NCBI GenBank assembly: GCA_963693365.1
Contig: CAVNZM010000001.1
Location: forward strand, 2,372,907 to 2,436,906
DNA from: Amoebidium appalachense
Taxonomy: Eukaryota; Protista; Ichthyosporea
Reading direction: 5' to 3'
DNA: 64,000 nucleotides
Part shown: one piece after another, positions 13,670 through 26,963 of the stretch
How the letters are laid out: the number at the start of each line of letters is the position of its first letter
Numbering within the stretch: position 1 is the stretch's first letter
Program-made: the position numbers and the translations under genes
Notes under the pieces: generated by a model
Database searches by the model: none
What the model saw: the letters and a program-made list of their open reading frames with translations, nothing else
Told to the model about the DNA's origin: nothing

Positions 13670-13715
<46 letters not shown>

Positions 13716-14041
13716 ACACCAAAAAAATTAAAAAGAATTGTTTTGGAAGAAAAAATAGAAGAAGAAGATCGGATTGAGAAGGAGGATGGGTGGTTGGGGG
13801 TGGGGGTGGGGTGGGGTGGGGTGGGGGGGGGGGGGGGGGGGGGGGGGGGGTATAGTTCACGTTCTGCTAAGTACATTCAACATCAGCGAAATTAAAAAGA
13901 CATGCTACTGAATTACGGGAGATGTGGAATTCGAAGCCAGCAATTGCAGCCATGACGTACACATAAGCCTCGGTAATCTATTGATCACTATGACCTACAC
14001 AGTCTACGACTCATTTTTACTCGTCCCCCCTCCCCCCCTTC

Positions 14042-14078
<37 letters not shown>

Positions 14079-14573
14079 TTTCCATGCCCAGCGTGGAGGG
14101 CCCCCCGCAGTACCCCTGTAACATTCCCACTATTCCAGCCTTACATGTCTGACCAACCGTAGCCCATCAAACTTGCCAAAATCCACGGTACCCTGTAGTA
14201 GCGAATTACTGTATGCGGGCCACACACATTCACCGATACCCAGCAGACCCTGCATGAGTCCACTGGCACTATGCAGTCATAGCTGTGCCCAGGCGCAAGC
14301 GGTTACCAACGTAGTAATATGGGAACTCAGTGAAACTTAATATCAAGTTGCTTCACCTTGCTCCAACAATTTCTCACGGCCCACCTCACGTTGCCCACCG
14401 TGACGTGAACACGCCGGCAGCCACCGTGACGTCATCATGAGAGATAATCGTGTTCTAGTGTTCTAGTCGACTTCAAAAAGAAACCCTGGCTAATCTTAGA
14501 CGGGGAAACTTTTAGAAATCCCAACTCATCATAATAAAGATTAATTAATTATGATTGTCTAGTAGGTCATGAA

Positions 14574-15078
14574 TTATGTTTGCCTCGTCACCGGTACAGC
14601 ACTTTGCAATTTCCAACCTTTGAAGTGAATTTGAAAGGGGGAGAGAGAGAGAGAGAGAGAGAGAGTTGGGAGGAGGAGGAGGGGGGGGGGGGGGGGGGGG
14701 GGGTTTGAATGCGTCAAAAAGTACGAAGTACACAAGAACAAACGGATAACACGATGCAGAATGCAAGCCATACATAAAGAGTATGCATAATAAGCAGAGC
14801 CCATCCTCAGGGGGGGCCCACGTCATCCACAGTACCCGAGTTTCGACCTATTCCCCTCGTTAACGAAACCCAACTCAGATACTGTTTCACTTGAACATGA
14901 GTAGGTCACCCGTCTTGATCAGAGACGAGCAGGGTTGCTTATGCAGGCAAGGGCAGTGGGAAAGGCCGGGGGTTAAAGTTGCAGCAGTAAGCAGAAGCAA
15001 GAAAAATATAGATAGGAACTCAGGAGACGGGGCTTCTAGGAAGCTCCCCCGTCGATACCTAAGTCGATACTTCCCTCT

Positions 15079-15110
<32 letters not shown>

Positions 15111-15553
15111 GTTGACCACAACGGTTCAAGGTTTCAGTCAATCGTTCAATCGTGTTGGCCTGGTACACCATAAATTCTATCATGATATCAGCATCCGGGA
15201 CAATACCTTGTGCCGCCAGATCTTTCTTGAATCTAATGCTAATAATACAGACATTTGCGCGTCCACCCGTCTACACGGACTTAACTAACCAAGAGTAAGT
15301 CGAAAGTAAGGCTCTAGTGGAGCCCTACTGAATTGCTTGTAGCCTAAATAATTGAAGTGAGGTGTGTGTCGATAAAGCCCTGCACTTCATAAGCATATGT
15401 ACATGTTGAGCAGAAGAAAAACCAGGCAGCTCGAAAAATTTGAACTCTTATAATGGTCAAAATATAGCCAGTACAACAGTGTGCAATAAATATTGGAGCA
15501 AAAACAATTCAAATTCTGGGACTTCATACCTCCCGTTGTAACGCGAAAAGCTG
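14574..15553 (-). CDS. Possible small spliced gene or remnant hosting repeat copy A1 in an intron
   Basis: Open stretch RFKKDLAAQGIVPDADIMIEFMVYQANTIERLTETLNR at ~15232-15122, a possible 25-nt micro-exon at ~15553-15529 (TAG...GTATGA) and a possible last exon at ~14617-14574. No start found and no homology recognised. Confidence 0.3.
14704..15078 (-). mobile_element. G-tract-inserted structured repeat, family A, copy A1 (longest A copy)
   Basis: Starts TTTGAATGCGTCAAAAAGTACGAAG after a G-run and ends at another G-run. Near-identical to A2-A5 over shared lengths. Whether all of the right-hand ~130 bp belongs to the element is inferred from the G-run boundary. Confidence 0.85.
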
Positions 15554-15959
15554 CCTAATAAATTTCGTAAAAATATTTGGTGCCCACCACCTAAATATTC
15601 TAAGAGAAATAGAAAATGCCACATCTTGGTGTACAAACTAAGAGTTCACGTGTAATAAAACTCGGCAAAAATCTAAAAAAAATATTCATAGTGGTCACAT
15701 ACAGTACAAATACATGAACCGACGCCACAAGTACCGCTATCGGACACTCTCATGTGTACATGTACAATAATTCAATGGGCAAGCCCACTGAACTTATCAT
15801 GAAAAAACACTGCGCGTTTACGACCTTGTCCATAAAAATACCCCGAGGCCGCAGCATAACTCCAGACACCCACTTACATCGTTTTGAGAGACCGTCTTTT
15901 TTCTTGTGAGTCGACAATCAGTCTTAACCCATAATGAAGAAGGACACACTTAACCCCTT

Positions 15960-16406
15960 TCAGTTTCCAGTCGTAGCCACGACTGCCGTAGTAGATTTCA
16001 GATACCGCTGCGACTCGTGTGCATGCGCGGCCGATCGGTTGATATCCGCGTCGCCAAAAACCGAAGTATGGTCCCCGCCTATCCGCGCAACCGCAACGGA
16101 TGCTTGCGGGATAATCTTGTCTGGGATTTCATCAATATCTTCTTCGACTATCTGGGCGTTATCCAAGTTTGTCTGTGAGCCAGCGCTAGATTTTCGCGAG
16201 GATAGGCTCCGGCTCATTCTCCCAATGAAGCCAAAGCTCAGTGTGTATCTTTTTCTGGGGGGTTTCCTTGGCGGGAGGTAGATCAAGACTTTGCTCGGGG
16301 GGTTGCGGTGGTTGTTCGCTTGACCGCTCTGACACTGCAGGTGAAGTGTGAGATAGAGTTTGGACGATATAGAGGAAGTGTGTGTGGGGGGGGGGTGCTT
16401 AATATT

Positions 16407-16488
<82 letters not shown>

Positions 16489-16501
16489 TGTGTGTGTCTG
16501 T

Positions 16502-16571
<70 letters not shown>

Positions 16572-18117
16572 CCTTTACGTACATGAGCCTGTTTTTGCAT
16601 GTGTGAATAGAAGCGCAGGTGGTTGCATCGAGTATTTTTGTATGTTTGGTCGACTCCACTACCATACATGCGTACACCGTGCGAGTGCAACTAACACATG
16701 CTCCGTGCAAATGTGCGTGATGAAGCCAAGAGCACCCGTGTGTTTGTGTGCGTGTACGTGCGGCCGTCTAAATAGCGAATTCTGTATCTCTGCCTGGATC
16801 CTCATGTATGGGATGCAGATAATACTGTGGGTTAGTATAAGATATCACATACCACAGTCATCATCGGCATTAGAGAATGGCGATATCGTGCCGTTACTTC
16901 CGCACGAATTTGAAGCATGGAGTTTGCTCTCGGCTCGTGGCCTGCTGCATTCTGTGAACAAGAAAAAAATTAGCTGAGTTCAAAACTTCAAGTAGGAATG
17001 GGGTCTCAAAGAAGCCCAAAGAAGTGAGTGAGTCGCTTCATGGACCCATGTCGAGGCCAATATTCTTCTCACTTGGGGTCCTATATATATCATTATAAAG
17101 AACACCTATCGGTAAATTTCTTGGGTATAACTCATTGTTTTTCTCAACCAGATCGAGCAAGCACAACATGTTACAGATAATGCCTAGCACTCAGGCACAC
17201 ACAGACATGTGCAAGTAGTGAGCAGGTACTATGGGCATGACATAAACACCCACCCGAGTTTAGGAGGTGGTCACTGGAATGCGCCATCTCCCTTGAGGTG
17301 GTGGGCCGTGACAGTGGGGACACGGTGTGGTTGCCCCGTTGGTAGCTGGTGACGGTCTGTTAGGGGTTAAAGGGTGAGTGGCATGATCATGACGTTTTTT
17401 TGAGGCTTTGAAATGATGGCCTTTTGTGTTCGTGGTGGTAGTAAATGTTCGTGCGGTAGAGAGCGAGAGAGCGTTGGGGAGAAGAGAAGACGGGGGGGAG
17501 GGTGGGCAGGGCGGCGGGAGGGGGGGGGGGGGGGGGGGGGGGGGAAGGAAAACATACCACAGGGTGAAACACACATACACAACACAGACAGAGACAGGCA
17601 CACCCGTACACACACACACACACACACACACACCCACACACACACACACACACCCACTCACCCACCCACCCACCCACCCACCCACACACACATATACATG
17701 TGGGCGCACACGCAGCAAACACAAACGGACACGCACACGCACACGCACACTCATACACAACCCGCCTCCCCCCCCCCCCCCCTCCTCCCCCCCCCCCCCC
17801 CCCCCCACATACACACACACACAGACACACACACACCACCCACACACACCCACCCACACACCCACACAAACACACAGACACACCCACCCACCCACCCACC
17901 CACCCACCCACACACCCACACACACACACACACACACATGTGCGTGCACACGCAACAAACACAAACGGACACGCACACGCACACACGCACACTCGCACAC
18001 ACAACCCGCTCCCCCCCCCCCCCCCCCCCCTAGCCCCCAAACACACACGTACACGCACACGCACACACACACACACACACAACACACACAGACACACACC
18101 CCCTCCCCCCCCCCCTC

Positions 18118-18162
<45 letters not shown>

Positions 18163-20436
18163 GTACCTCCTCGAGCAGTTCTGGCCACCCATTGTTGATT
18201 TTTTCCACCAGGGGGATAGTGAACAGGGCACCGTCCTGTGACGTCAGCATCAGGAGCTGCTGGTTCTCACTCAGCCCAAAGGCCGCTGGAGGGCCAGAAA
18301 AATGGGAAGTGTTAGCATGGCTGGAGGCGCAGTGTGGCAGCATATGGGAAAGGTTTTTTTGTGGGTCACTCTGAATGTTTTGGTGCGATGTTCGCAATAC
18401 TTTTGTGGGGTAGAAAGGGGAAATGTGTAAGTGGCGTTTAGGCAGCAGGCGCAGCGGGTTATGCATGGGTTCACATGTGGTCATGTTCGTGCAGGGGTGC
18501 AGCCTCGTGCATAAAGTGTGTTGGCAGCCTGTGACGTGCACGGTCGGGGTTGACAAGTTGGGCGGTTAAAGGGGGAAGGGGGGGAAGGGGAGGGGGGAGG
18601 GGAAGGGGAGGGGAGGGAAGGTACTACAAATTTGCAATTGCAATAAGCTTCGTGTTATCGCAGCATTCTTAATTAATGCTTATTATCCTTTAGTGACTTC
18701 TCAAGCCTAAGGTATGTAAAGCCATAATCAAACATCCTCTGCAAGCAATTATGATAAGAATCGAGTAAGGCCATTTGAAACCACCCGGAGTGCCTATTGC
18801 AGTCACCACATGCATCAAAACACAATCTAAGCACATAAGCACATACCCATGTCGAAGTAGAGCGGCTCAAAGAGCACCATGAAGCGGTGGTCTGACTTGG
18901 GCCCGGGCTTTTCTTGCTTTGGTTTGGACTGCGTGTAGCAAAGAAGGAGATACGGTAAGAGAAATGGCAAGGCTACGTGCAAACAGTCAAAGTTTGTGTT
19001 CTGGGGATGCTGCCAAGCTGCATGTATGTGGGGGGTTCAGCCTTCAAACTGGACTACTATTCCACCGGGTGACCCAATTTGTGGCCTATCAGATGTATGG
19101 AGCAAGCTGATTGGATCATCGGTGGGATATTCCCTGAGTGCAGAAAGGAGGGTGGTTGGTGGGGAAGGCGGTGTGGAGGGAGGGGCATGTAATACACAGC
19201 GCGCTGACCATGAAAAGAAGGGACCGGGCACACCGAATGAGATGACTGGCATGGTCCCATGAGGACCCGGGGGTTTCGGATGCCGGAGACAGGAAGAAAA
19301 AGGATATGCACCACGAATAACGCAAAATCAAGTATATGGCAAAAAAAGGGGGGGGCACACACAGAGGGTGTATGCATGTAGGAGACACAGAGCATGCCCT
19401 CAGGTTGGGACTAAGCGATCCACAATGCCCAAGTAACCCATTTACCTCCCCGGCGGAAAGGGGGGGAGGGGGGGGGGGGAGGGGGGGAGGGGGAGGGAAG
19501 GAGGGAGTAGGGAGGGGGGGGGCTGGGGGGGGGGGGGGGGAGGGGGGGGGAAGAGGGGGGGAGGGGGGAAGGGGAGGGAGGGAGGGACAGAAGGAGGGGG
19601 AGAATGAGGTAGAGAGAATGTAGAAACCAAAAGCACAACATCCTAACAAGTTCCTGATGCCAGCAAACACAGAGTGTGCAACCCACCTTCATGCCTATAC
19701 TGACGCTGCGTCTTGGTTTCGTGTTCGTGCTTGTTAGTTGGTGAAGGGATTGGGAGGAGGAGGAGGACGAGGGAGGAATCCCATCTAACCCCCCCTGCTG
19801 TCGAGTTGGTGGTTGAGTCCCAGAGGGGAGGGTTTTCCCCCGCGGCCTTTTGGCCAGAATGAGCATGTCGTTGAAAAGAAACCCATACATGCGCTGTTGC
19901 TCCCTGCATGCGCAAAGTGCAACCATCGTGTTAGTTCTGTTTGTGTTTTTGTGTTTTATTGTTTTGATTTATTGTGTTTTTGGGCCCAGGGAACAAATGA
20001 AAGAAGACATCGGTGACGTGGAGACGAAAAAACAAGAGAACTAGGCACGGACAGTGGCAAGAAACAGCACTGGTCGACAATATGTTTTCGTTGTGTAAGC
20101 AAGCGATGTGTGGATGTTGATAAAAAGGGTAACCAAGGGAGCAAAGTGAAAGGACACCACCAGGGGGCAAAGAGTGGTACTCCGTGTACTCCGTGATGGT
20201 GGGGCAAAAGGTCTAGACACGTTGCACCTTGGGACTCAGTTACAAACACATACACAGAGTTGAGATACCCAAACAAGTATAATGGCAGCAGGAGATTCGG
20301 GGGGGTGGTAAGGGAGGAAGGGAGTGGATCGAGTGGGATGGGTGGGTAGAGGGGGTGCGGGGGGAGGGGGGAGGGGCCAGGAAGGGGAAAGGAAGGCACG
20401 AGGGGAAAAGAGGGAAGGGGGGGGGCGGAGGGGGGG

Positions 20437-20468
<32 letters not shown>

Positions 20469-20767
20469 AGGGGGGAGGGGGGGGGGGGGGGGGGGGATAC
20501 CAACCTCTTTCCATTTGATTTCTTAGTCACCACCTCGACCACCAACTCCCGACTGAACAGGAACTTACGGCCAGAGGTTGGAAGCACGGGTTCCTGTTGT
20601 TGTGGGGTATTAGTACATGTCAGTTTATGCAGAGCAAGGGAAGATACCCGTTGATGCAAAGTATAAGTGCAACAAAATGTAAGCACAAAGGCTGTCACGC
20701 ACGTGTGGACACAACCTTCATGCACACACACACACACACACACATACACGCATGTAGATTTATACAT

Positions 20768-20848
<81 letters not shown>

Positions 20849-21278
20849 AACACACACACGCAGGCATATGTGCGCATACACAAACAAACCTCAAACATGG
20901 GAACGTGTGTTGGGAGGAGTGTGTGTGGTTGAGAATGGGGTGGAAGAAGGGGAGGAAGGCAGGTGTCATTAGATAAGGCGGCACATAGCACACATTCAGT
21001 ACATGAAAAGACCAGAGGACGGTGCAGCACATGGATCGGATGATGCAAAAAAACAGCCACATCGGGTTTATTTGAACATGACCAGAGAGCGTTTCCATCT
21101 GTAGAGAGTAGGATGCGGAGAGGCGGGCCGGCGGGGTTGATGGTGGTGGTTGGGGGAGGAGGTGGGAGAGAGAGGGGGGAGGAGGGGGGGAGGATTGCCC
21201 CGCAAACGGGGTGATGAAAGGAGGCGGGTGGGGATGGGGTGGCGAGGAGGGAACAGGGTGGGGGTGGGGTGGGGGATG

Positions 21279-21325
<47 letters not shown>

Positions 21326-21465
21326 GTGCCTGTGGGAAATTAGAGAAGTCCAGCACATTCTGGACCTCGAACAGTCTGGTCATATCCTCCAGTCTGCGGG
21401 TGTCTTCGTTGATCCGACCAACACAGTCCATGGCCTCCTGGAGGGCTAGACGGGTGCGCTCATAG

Positions 21466-21552
<87 letters not shown>

Positions 21553-21559
21553 TTGGGGG

Positions 21560-21600
<41 letters not shown>

Positions 21601-23372
21601 GGGGAGGGGGAGGGGGGGAGGGGGGGGGGAGGAGGGGGGATGGAGGGTTAGAAAGTGTTACAGAGTACGTTACAAAGCACACGTCCACGACGGATGATAT
21701 AATTCAGATAGTGCAAAAAAGTGTGCACATAACGTGTATGCAGCATACGTAGAGAGGGAGCGTGAGAGGGGGGCAGGGTAGGTGGGGGCTTCGCATGCAT
21801 TAGGCAGTGGCAAAAGTGCAATGGTACAAATACAAAGACTGTTGAACAGTATACAGAACGGGGGGAGAGGGGGGAGGGACCGGGGAGGCGCCGTGGGGGG
21901 GAGAGGGGGGGTAGAATTTATTAAACCGTTACATCCCCGACGGACGGCACAATGTAGATTTTGAAAAGCACGTAGAGTGTGCATGATAGCCAGGGACCAT
22001 TCTGATGGTGATGGTGGGTGGAGGGGAGAGGGGGGTTTTGAATGCGTCAAAAAGTACGAAGTACACAAGAACAAACGGATAACACGATGCAGAATGCAAG
22101 CCATACATAAAGAGTATGCATGGGGGGGGGGGGGGGGGGGGGGGGGACAGGAGGAAGGGTAATATACCTCTTGTGTGATGGACGGGTGTGGTTGAGGATG
22201 GCCGACACCAGCAGGGGGTACTTTGTGAGGCGCTGCAGTGGCTTGAGCAGGTACGAGTCTAGGCCTAGCGGGCCAACGGCCTTGTTGCCACTCACTGCAC
22301 AGTGGAAGGGGGGGGGGGGGGGGGGGGAGGGGGAGGAGGGAAAGGGGAGTTTAGAACGGGGTTGGGGGGGGGGGGGGGGGGGTTGTTTTTCGGTTCTAAA
22401 AGGGAGCGGATGCCAATATGGGTTCATTTTTCTTGTATGCTTTTTTTTACGGTGTGGGGAATGGGGTGGGGTGGAGGGGCAGGGGAGAATGTTATGTTCA
22501 TGGTATCGACAATTATAAGCTCCAAGATCACCGAGAGACGAGAATTACTCATACAAACGGGTTCACTAGGATTTAAATGCATGCATGATGAGCTACCACC
22601 ACCAGGCATTCGACAGACCTTCAATCTCATGTGCAGCTTTCTCTGTTTTCTTTTGAATTTTCGTTCTCAAAGCAAGGTCCGTATCTACCATTTTAGCGCC
22701 TGGGTGGTGAGCCACATTGGTGACGTCATTCTGGGCTTCTTTTTCAGGCAGCCGTTTAGGTGCCCAGGAAATGACGCGAAAAAAGCCGGGGTAAGGGCAG
22801 GCTTTGTGTATGTCTACGTAGGCCAGCCTCGGTATTTGGCACAACTTGATAACGTCTACTGATTGGTCAGATCCATTTGAGAAAATGTGGCTCTTGGCTG
22901 TTGCTGCCCAGACGCTAAAATGGTAGATACGGAGGTTGGTCTAACCGTTGTTACACATGTAATGTGTGTCCATCATGTTATGGCATTGTGCCTGAACCGA
23001 GGGCGGGGGAGGGGGGGGGGGGGGGGGGGGGGGTTTGAATGCGTCAAAAAGTACGAAGTACACAAGAACAAACGGATAACACGATGCAGAATGCAAGCCA
23101 TACATAAAGAGTATGCATAATAAGCAGAGCCCATCCTCAGGGGGGGCCCACGTCATCCACAGTACCCGAGTTTCGACGGGGGGGGGGGAAGGAAGAGGGC
23201 TAACCTTCTGCCAGGAATTTTGCATACTCAGGGTAGACTATTTTTAGTCGACACGCATGCGTCATTGCTTTCTGTGGCCAACATACTCCGTCAAAAGCCC
23301 CCCCAACCCCCCAAACCCCCCCCCCCCCCCAAAAGAAAAGAAAAGAAAAGAAAAGAAAAGAAAAGAAAAGAA

Positions 23373-23404
<32 letters not shown>

Positions 23405-24085
23405 ACAGAAGGTAGAAGAAGTAGAAGAGGAGACAATAATGGAAAATGAAGAAAAAGGGTGGGAAGGCGGCGGGGGCGCAGCAATGCTAAGGCACTCCAC
23501 CTGCTTCCCCCATTCGAGCACCAGTGTTGTTTCCGGCTATTCCACACTATGTACGTGTACGTTAACTTCCTACGTTCTCCCCCTCTTCCCCTTCTCACCT
23601 CCCCCACCTCCCCACCTCCCCCCTTTCCCCCCTTCCCCCGTAATCCACTTTTCTTTCTTCTTAACGTCCCCCTGTAAATGTTCCCCTCGCTTCGTTACTC
23701 TTTCCATGAAGATCTTTTTGTCTTGCATCCCACACACGCACTGATTGTTGAAGCTCCTCCCAAACAACCAGAAAACCCGTTGCACTACAGATTGACATAC
23801 ACACGCACACATCTTCTCTCTCCCTCTCTCTCTCTCTTTCTCTCTCTCCCCTGCCTCTCCCTCTTACTCATACTCTCTCTCTTTCTATCTCTCTCTCTCT
23901 CGCCGCCACCCCCCCCCCCCCCCCCCTCCTCCCCCTCCCCCTCTCTCCGCCGCCTTCTTCCTCCTTCCCCACCTGCTTCCAGCCGCACACACAGCAAATT
24001 TAAAGATCAATCCACACTTTTGATCATTCACACGTAAAAAGTCACAAGGGCACCGGCACCGGCACCGGCACCGGCACCGGCACCG

Positions 24086-24147
<62 letters not shown>

Positions 24148-24264
24148 GCACGCGAGTGTGTGTGTGCGCGCGCACACACACACACACACCACACGAATAT
24201 TCGCGCACGTAGGCGAAAACAGGACACAGAGGCACACACACACGCAAACACACACGCACGCACG

Positions 24265-24349
<85 letters not shown>

Positions 24350-24640
24350 TTATTGACGGGCAGAAGTTGTGGTATGGGTCATAGGCCTCGGCGACAAACA
24401 TCGTCAGCAGGTCGCTGATGTCCTGCACAACAGGAAACTGCTCCACCTGCCTCTGCAGCAACGTCTGTACACAATTGAAAAATAACAAGTTAAATTTACG
24501 GAAATTTGTGTTTGCACAAGGGAGGTTTGAAGGAGTGTTACACAGCCGTGGACTCTGAGCACAGATATACAGCGAAATCATGGTGGTGTCGAATCAAAAA
24601 AAAATAGAACACAAAAAGCATCAAAGATGGGTGGGGAAGG

Positions 24641-24675
<35 letters not shown>

Positions 24676-24904
24676 TGAGTGCGTCAAAAAGTACGAAGTA
24701 CACAAGAACAAACGGATAACACGATGCAGAATGCAAGCCATACATAAAGAGTATGCATAATAAGCAGAGCCCATCCTCAGGGGGGGCCCACGTCATCCAC
24801 AGTACCCGAGTTTCGACCTATTCCCCTCGTTAACGAAACCCAACTCAGATACTGTTTCACTTGAACATGAGTAGGTCACCCGGGGGGATGCCTGGGTGCT
24901 GCTT

Positions 24905-24956
<52 letters not shown>

Positions 24957-26963
24957 GGGGTAACTGTGGTGTGCCAGAATTACGCCCATGTCTCCCTGTG
25001 GGTGTGTGCTTGTGTGCGCACGTGCCTGTGTGTGTGTTCCTGTGTGTGTTCCTGAGTATGTGTGTCTGTGTACGTGTTCCTGTGTCTGCATGCCTGTGTG
25101 TGTATGTTGCTGTGGGGGGGGGGGAATAGAGCGGGTATGTACTGACGGGTGTATGCATGTGTGTGTGCCTGCCTGAGTGGGTGGGCGGATGAGTGCTTGT
25201 TGGTGTGTGTGTATGTGTGTGTGTGTGCATGTGTGTGTTTAATCCGTTAGGTGATTGATCTGTGTGTTCACCACGTGTGTGTATGTGTTTACGTGTCTGT
25301 CTGTGCGTGGCTGCCCACTGTATCTCCGCAAGTGAAACAATCAAGACACTGTTACAGTGCCCCTTCACATTTACACTACTCAAAAGCCACTTGCAGATCG
25401 AACACAGCAATAATTTGATAAAAGCAGACATGAGAAGAGCATAGGTGCCACAAATGTGGTCCTACATCATTAATCTCACAACAGAACAACCGTACCTACC
25501 TTGTGAAACTGCGTGTTGACGGTGTATATTGCATCGATGTCTCCAAATATCTCCCGTACGTCTTCCTCGGGCAGAATGTTCTGAGCCACTGCAACATGAG
25601 TCATGAAGGTTAGTGCCCGGAAGTAAATGCACTTGTGATATGAAAAAAGCACGAAAGAATGTAATGCTGATGCGTGAAAAAAGTGCAAGCATGCGTACTC
25701 AATCCACACACAAACCTGCACACAACACACGGCCCGTCGATAATATCCTATTGGTGGGTGGGGTGAATTAGAGGGGAAGGAGGGTTTTTTTTTTGCTTTT
25801 TTTTTTTTTTTTTTGGGGGGGGGGGGGGGGGGGGAGGGCGGGGACCTATCCACACAATACCACCGATTATCGTGAAACGCTAGCTGCCCCACCAAAAAAA
25901 ACACTTCCCTCTAGTTATGAACTTCAAAGTATGCACACCATATGGCCGGTGGCACCCCATTAAAACTCCGACAAGCAGCTATATACTAACCAATGGACAC
26001 ACGGGCACCCACGAGGAGCCGCGCCCTACACTAATAATATTAGAACATTCAAGGGGAGCACAAAAAAACGAAAATATATGGATTAGAGGGAAAGGGACCG
26101 CGACACATTCAAACCTAGTAGTTCGGCCAGCCACACACACAGCACATGGTACATTGCCCGCTTCAGTGTGTCAACCAATGATCCACACAGCAGCAGCCGC
26201 CACTGGCTCATATTCATTCTCAACATGTGTACGCATAAACGAAAATGAAACTCTGCACTGTATATCGTTCGATGATCACCCAGTGAGATGGCATACATGC
26301 GGATTCATCAGTGAATGCATACATGCGAATTCATCAGATGATCACCAGCTCACTTTTACCTGGCCTTGATGTCCTTTTCTCACAAACACAAAATTCAGGG
26401 AAAAAACGCAACCGCACACACCCCTTCAGCAAGACACTAAATGCGCGCGAGCACCAGTCTGGCCCAAAGCATTTAAAAGTCTGCTTGTATTTTGTGAAAA
26501 GTAACATAGCTCTAGTAGGTACGGACAGGCCATAGGTTTTCCAACTGACTACATGATGGCCGCATGCATGCTCCACTGATGCACTAACGAGAGTGAGAAG
26601 AACGTTCAGTGAGATAGACGAGCTAGAAAACAGATGAAAGCATGCCCACCCACCCACTGTTAGCTAAGGCTGTAGGTAGTACAACCGCTTTGAGTCAACG
26701 ATAAATCTTGGGGAAAAACTTGTGACACACACAGGAATATGGCAGCCGTTGACACATGTGCTAGAAACACGACAGAACCATATAGCTCACTTCTTACCTA
26801 GAGGATCCCTGTAGAAAGTGATGATCTTCTCAACATCTGAAAGGTAGGCTTCTTCGCTCTGTATGAGTTCATGTATGCTCTCCTGCCTCCGCCTCTCCAT
26901 GTCATCAAGCGTAGCGACCAAGCTGGGCCTCTGCTTGTGACGCCAGAGCACATCGACAGACAT
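15960..26963 (-). CDS. Dbl-family RhoGEF (DH-PH), ~12 exons
   Basis: Exons 26963-26798 (MSVDVLW...[22 protein letters not shown]), 25588-25500 ([16 protein letters not shown]), 24464-24348 (DISDLL...YHNFC), 23271-23205, 22294-22168 ([26 protein letters not shown]), 21465-21330 (INEDTRRLE), 20593-20505 ([10 protein letters not shown]), 19903-19687 ([14 protein letters not shown]), 18928-18847, 18285-18167 (WPELLEE). Phases are consistent. C-terminal exons (~16952-16854 and 16336-15960) are less certain. Confidence 0.9.
22037..22121 (-). mobile_element. Family A copy A2 (85 bp, truncated), in RhoGEF intron
   Basis: Matches the first 85 bp of A1; G-runs on both sides. Confidence 0.9.
22678..22933. 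mobile_element. MITE-like element with 27-bp terminal inverted repeats
   Basis: TCCGTATCTACCATTTTAGCGCCTGGG ... CCCAGACGCTAAAATGGTAGATACGGA (1 mismatch), plus an inner IR GAGCCACAT/ATGTGGCTC. Non-coding; no clear TSD. Confidence 0.7.
23034..23177 (-). mobile_element. Family A copy A3 (144 bp, truncated), in RhoGEF intron
   Basis: Matches the start of A1; G-runs on both sides. Confidence 0.9.
24674..24882 (-). mobile_element. Family A copy A4 (~209 bp, truncated), in RhoGEF intron
   Basis: Matches A1 except TTTGAGTGCG at the start; G-runs on both sides. Confidence 0.9.

Noticed and set aside
14795-14850. Canonical hammerhead ribozyme (CUGAGGA + CGAAAC on the minus strand) or HDV-like ribozyme
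   Set aside because: Could not form stem II with the G10.1-C11.1 pair, or stems I/III with an NUH site. The HDV topology also did not fit, and G-U polarity favours a different fold. Not excluded without Infernal or a cleavage assay.
17580-18110. ~240-bp intronic tandem duplication
   Set aside because: Real, but an ordinary low-complexity slippage duplication.
19037-19252. Extra RhoGEF exon
   Set aside because: Phase-0 entry at the CAG hits a stop; exon 18928-18847 fits both phases instead.
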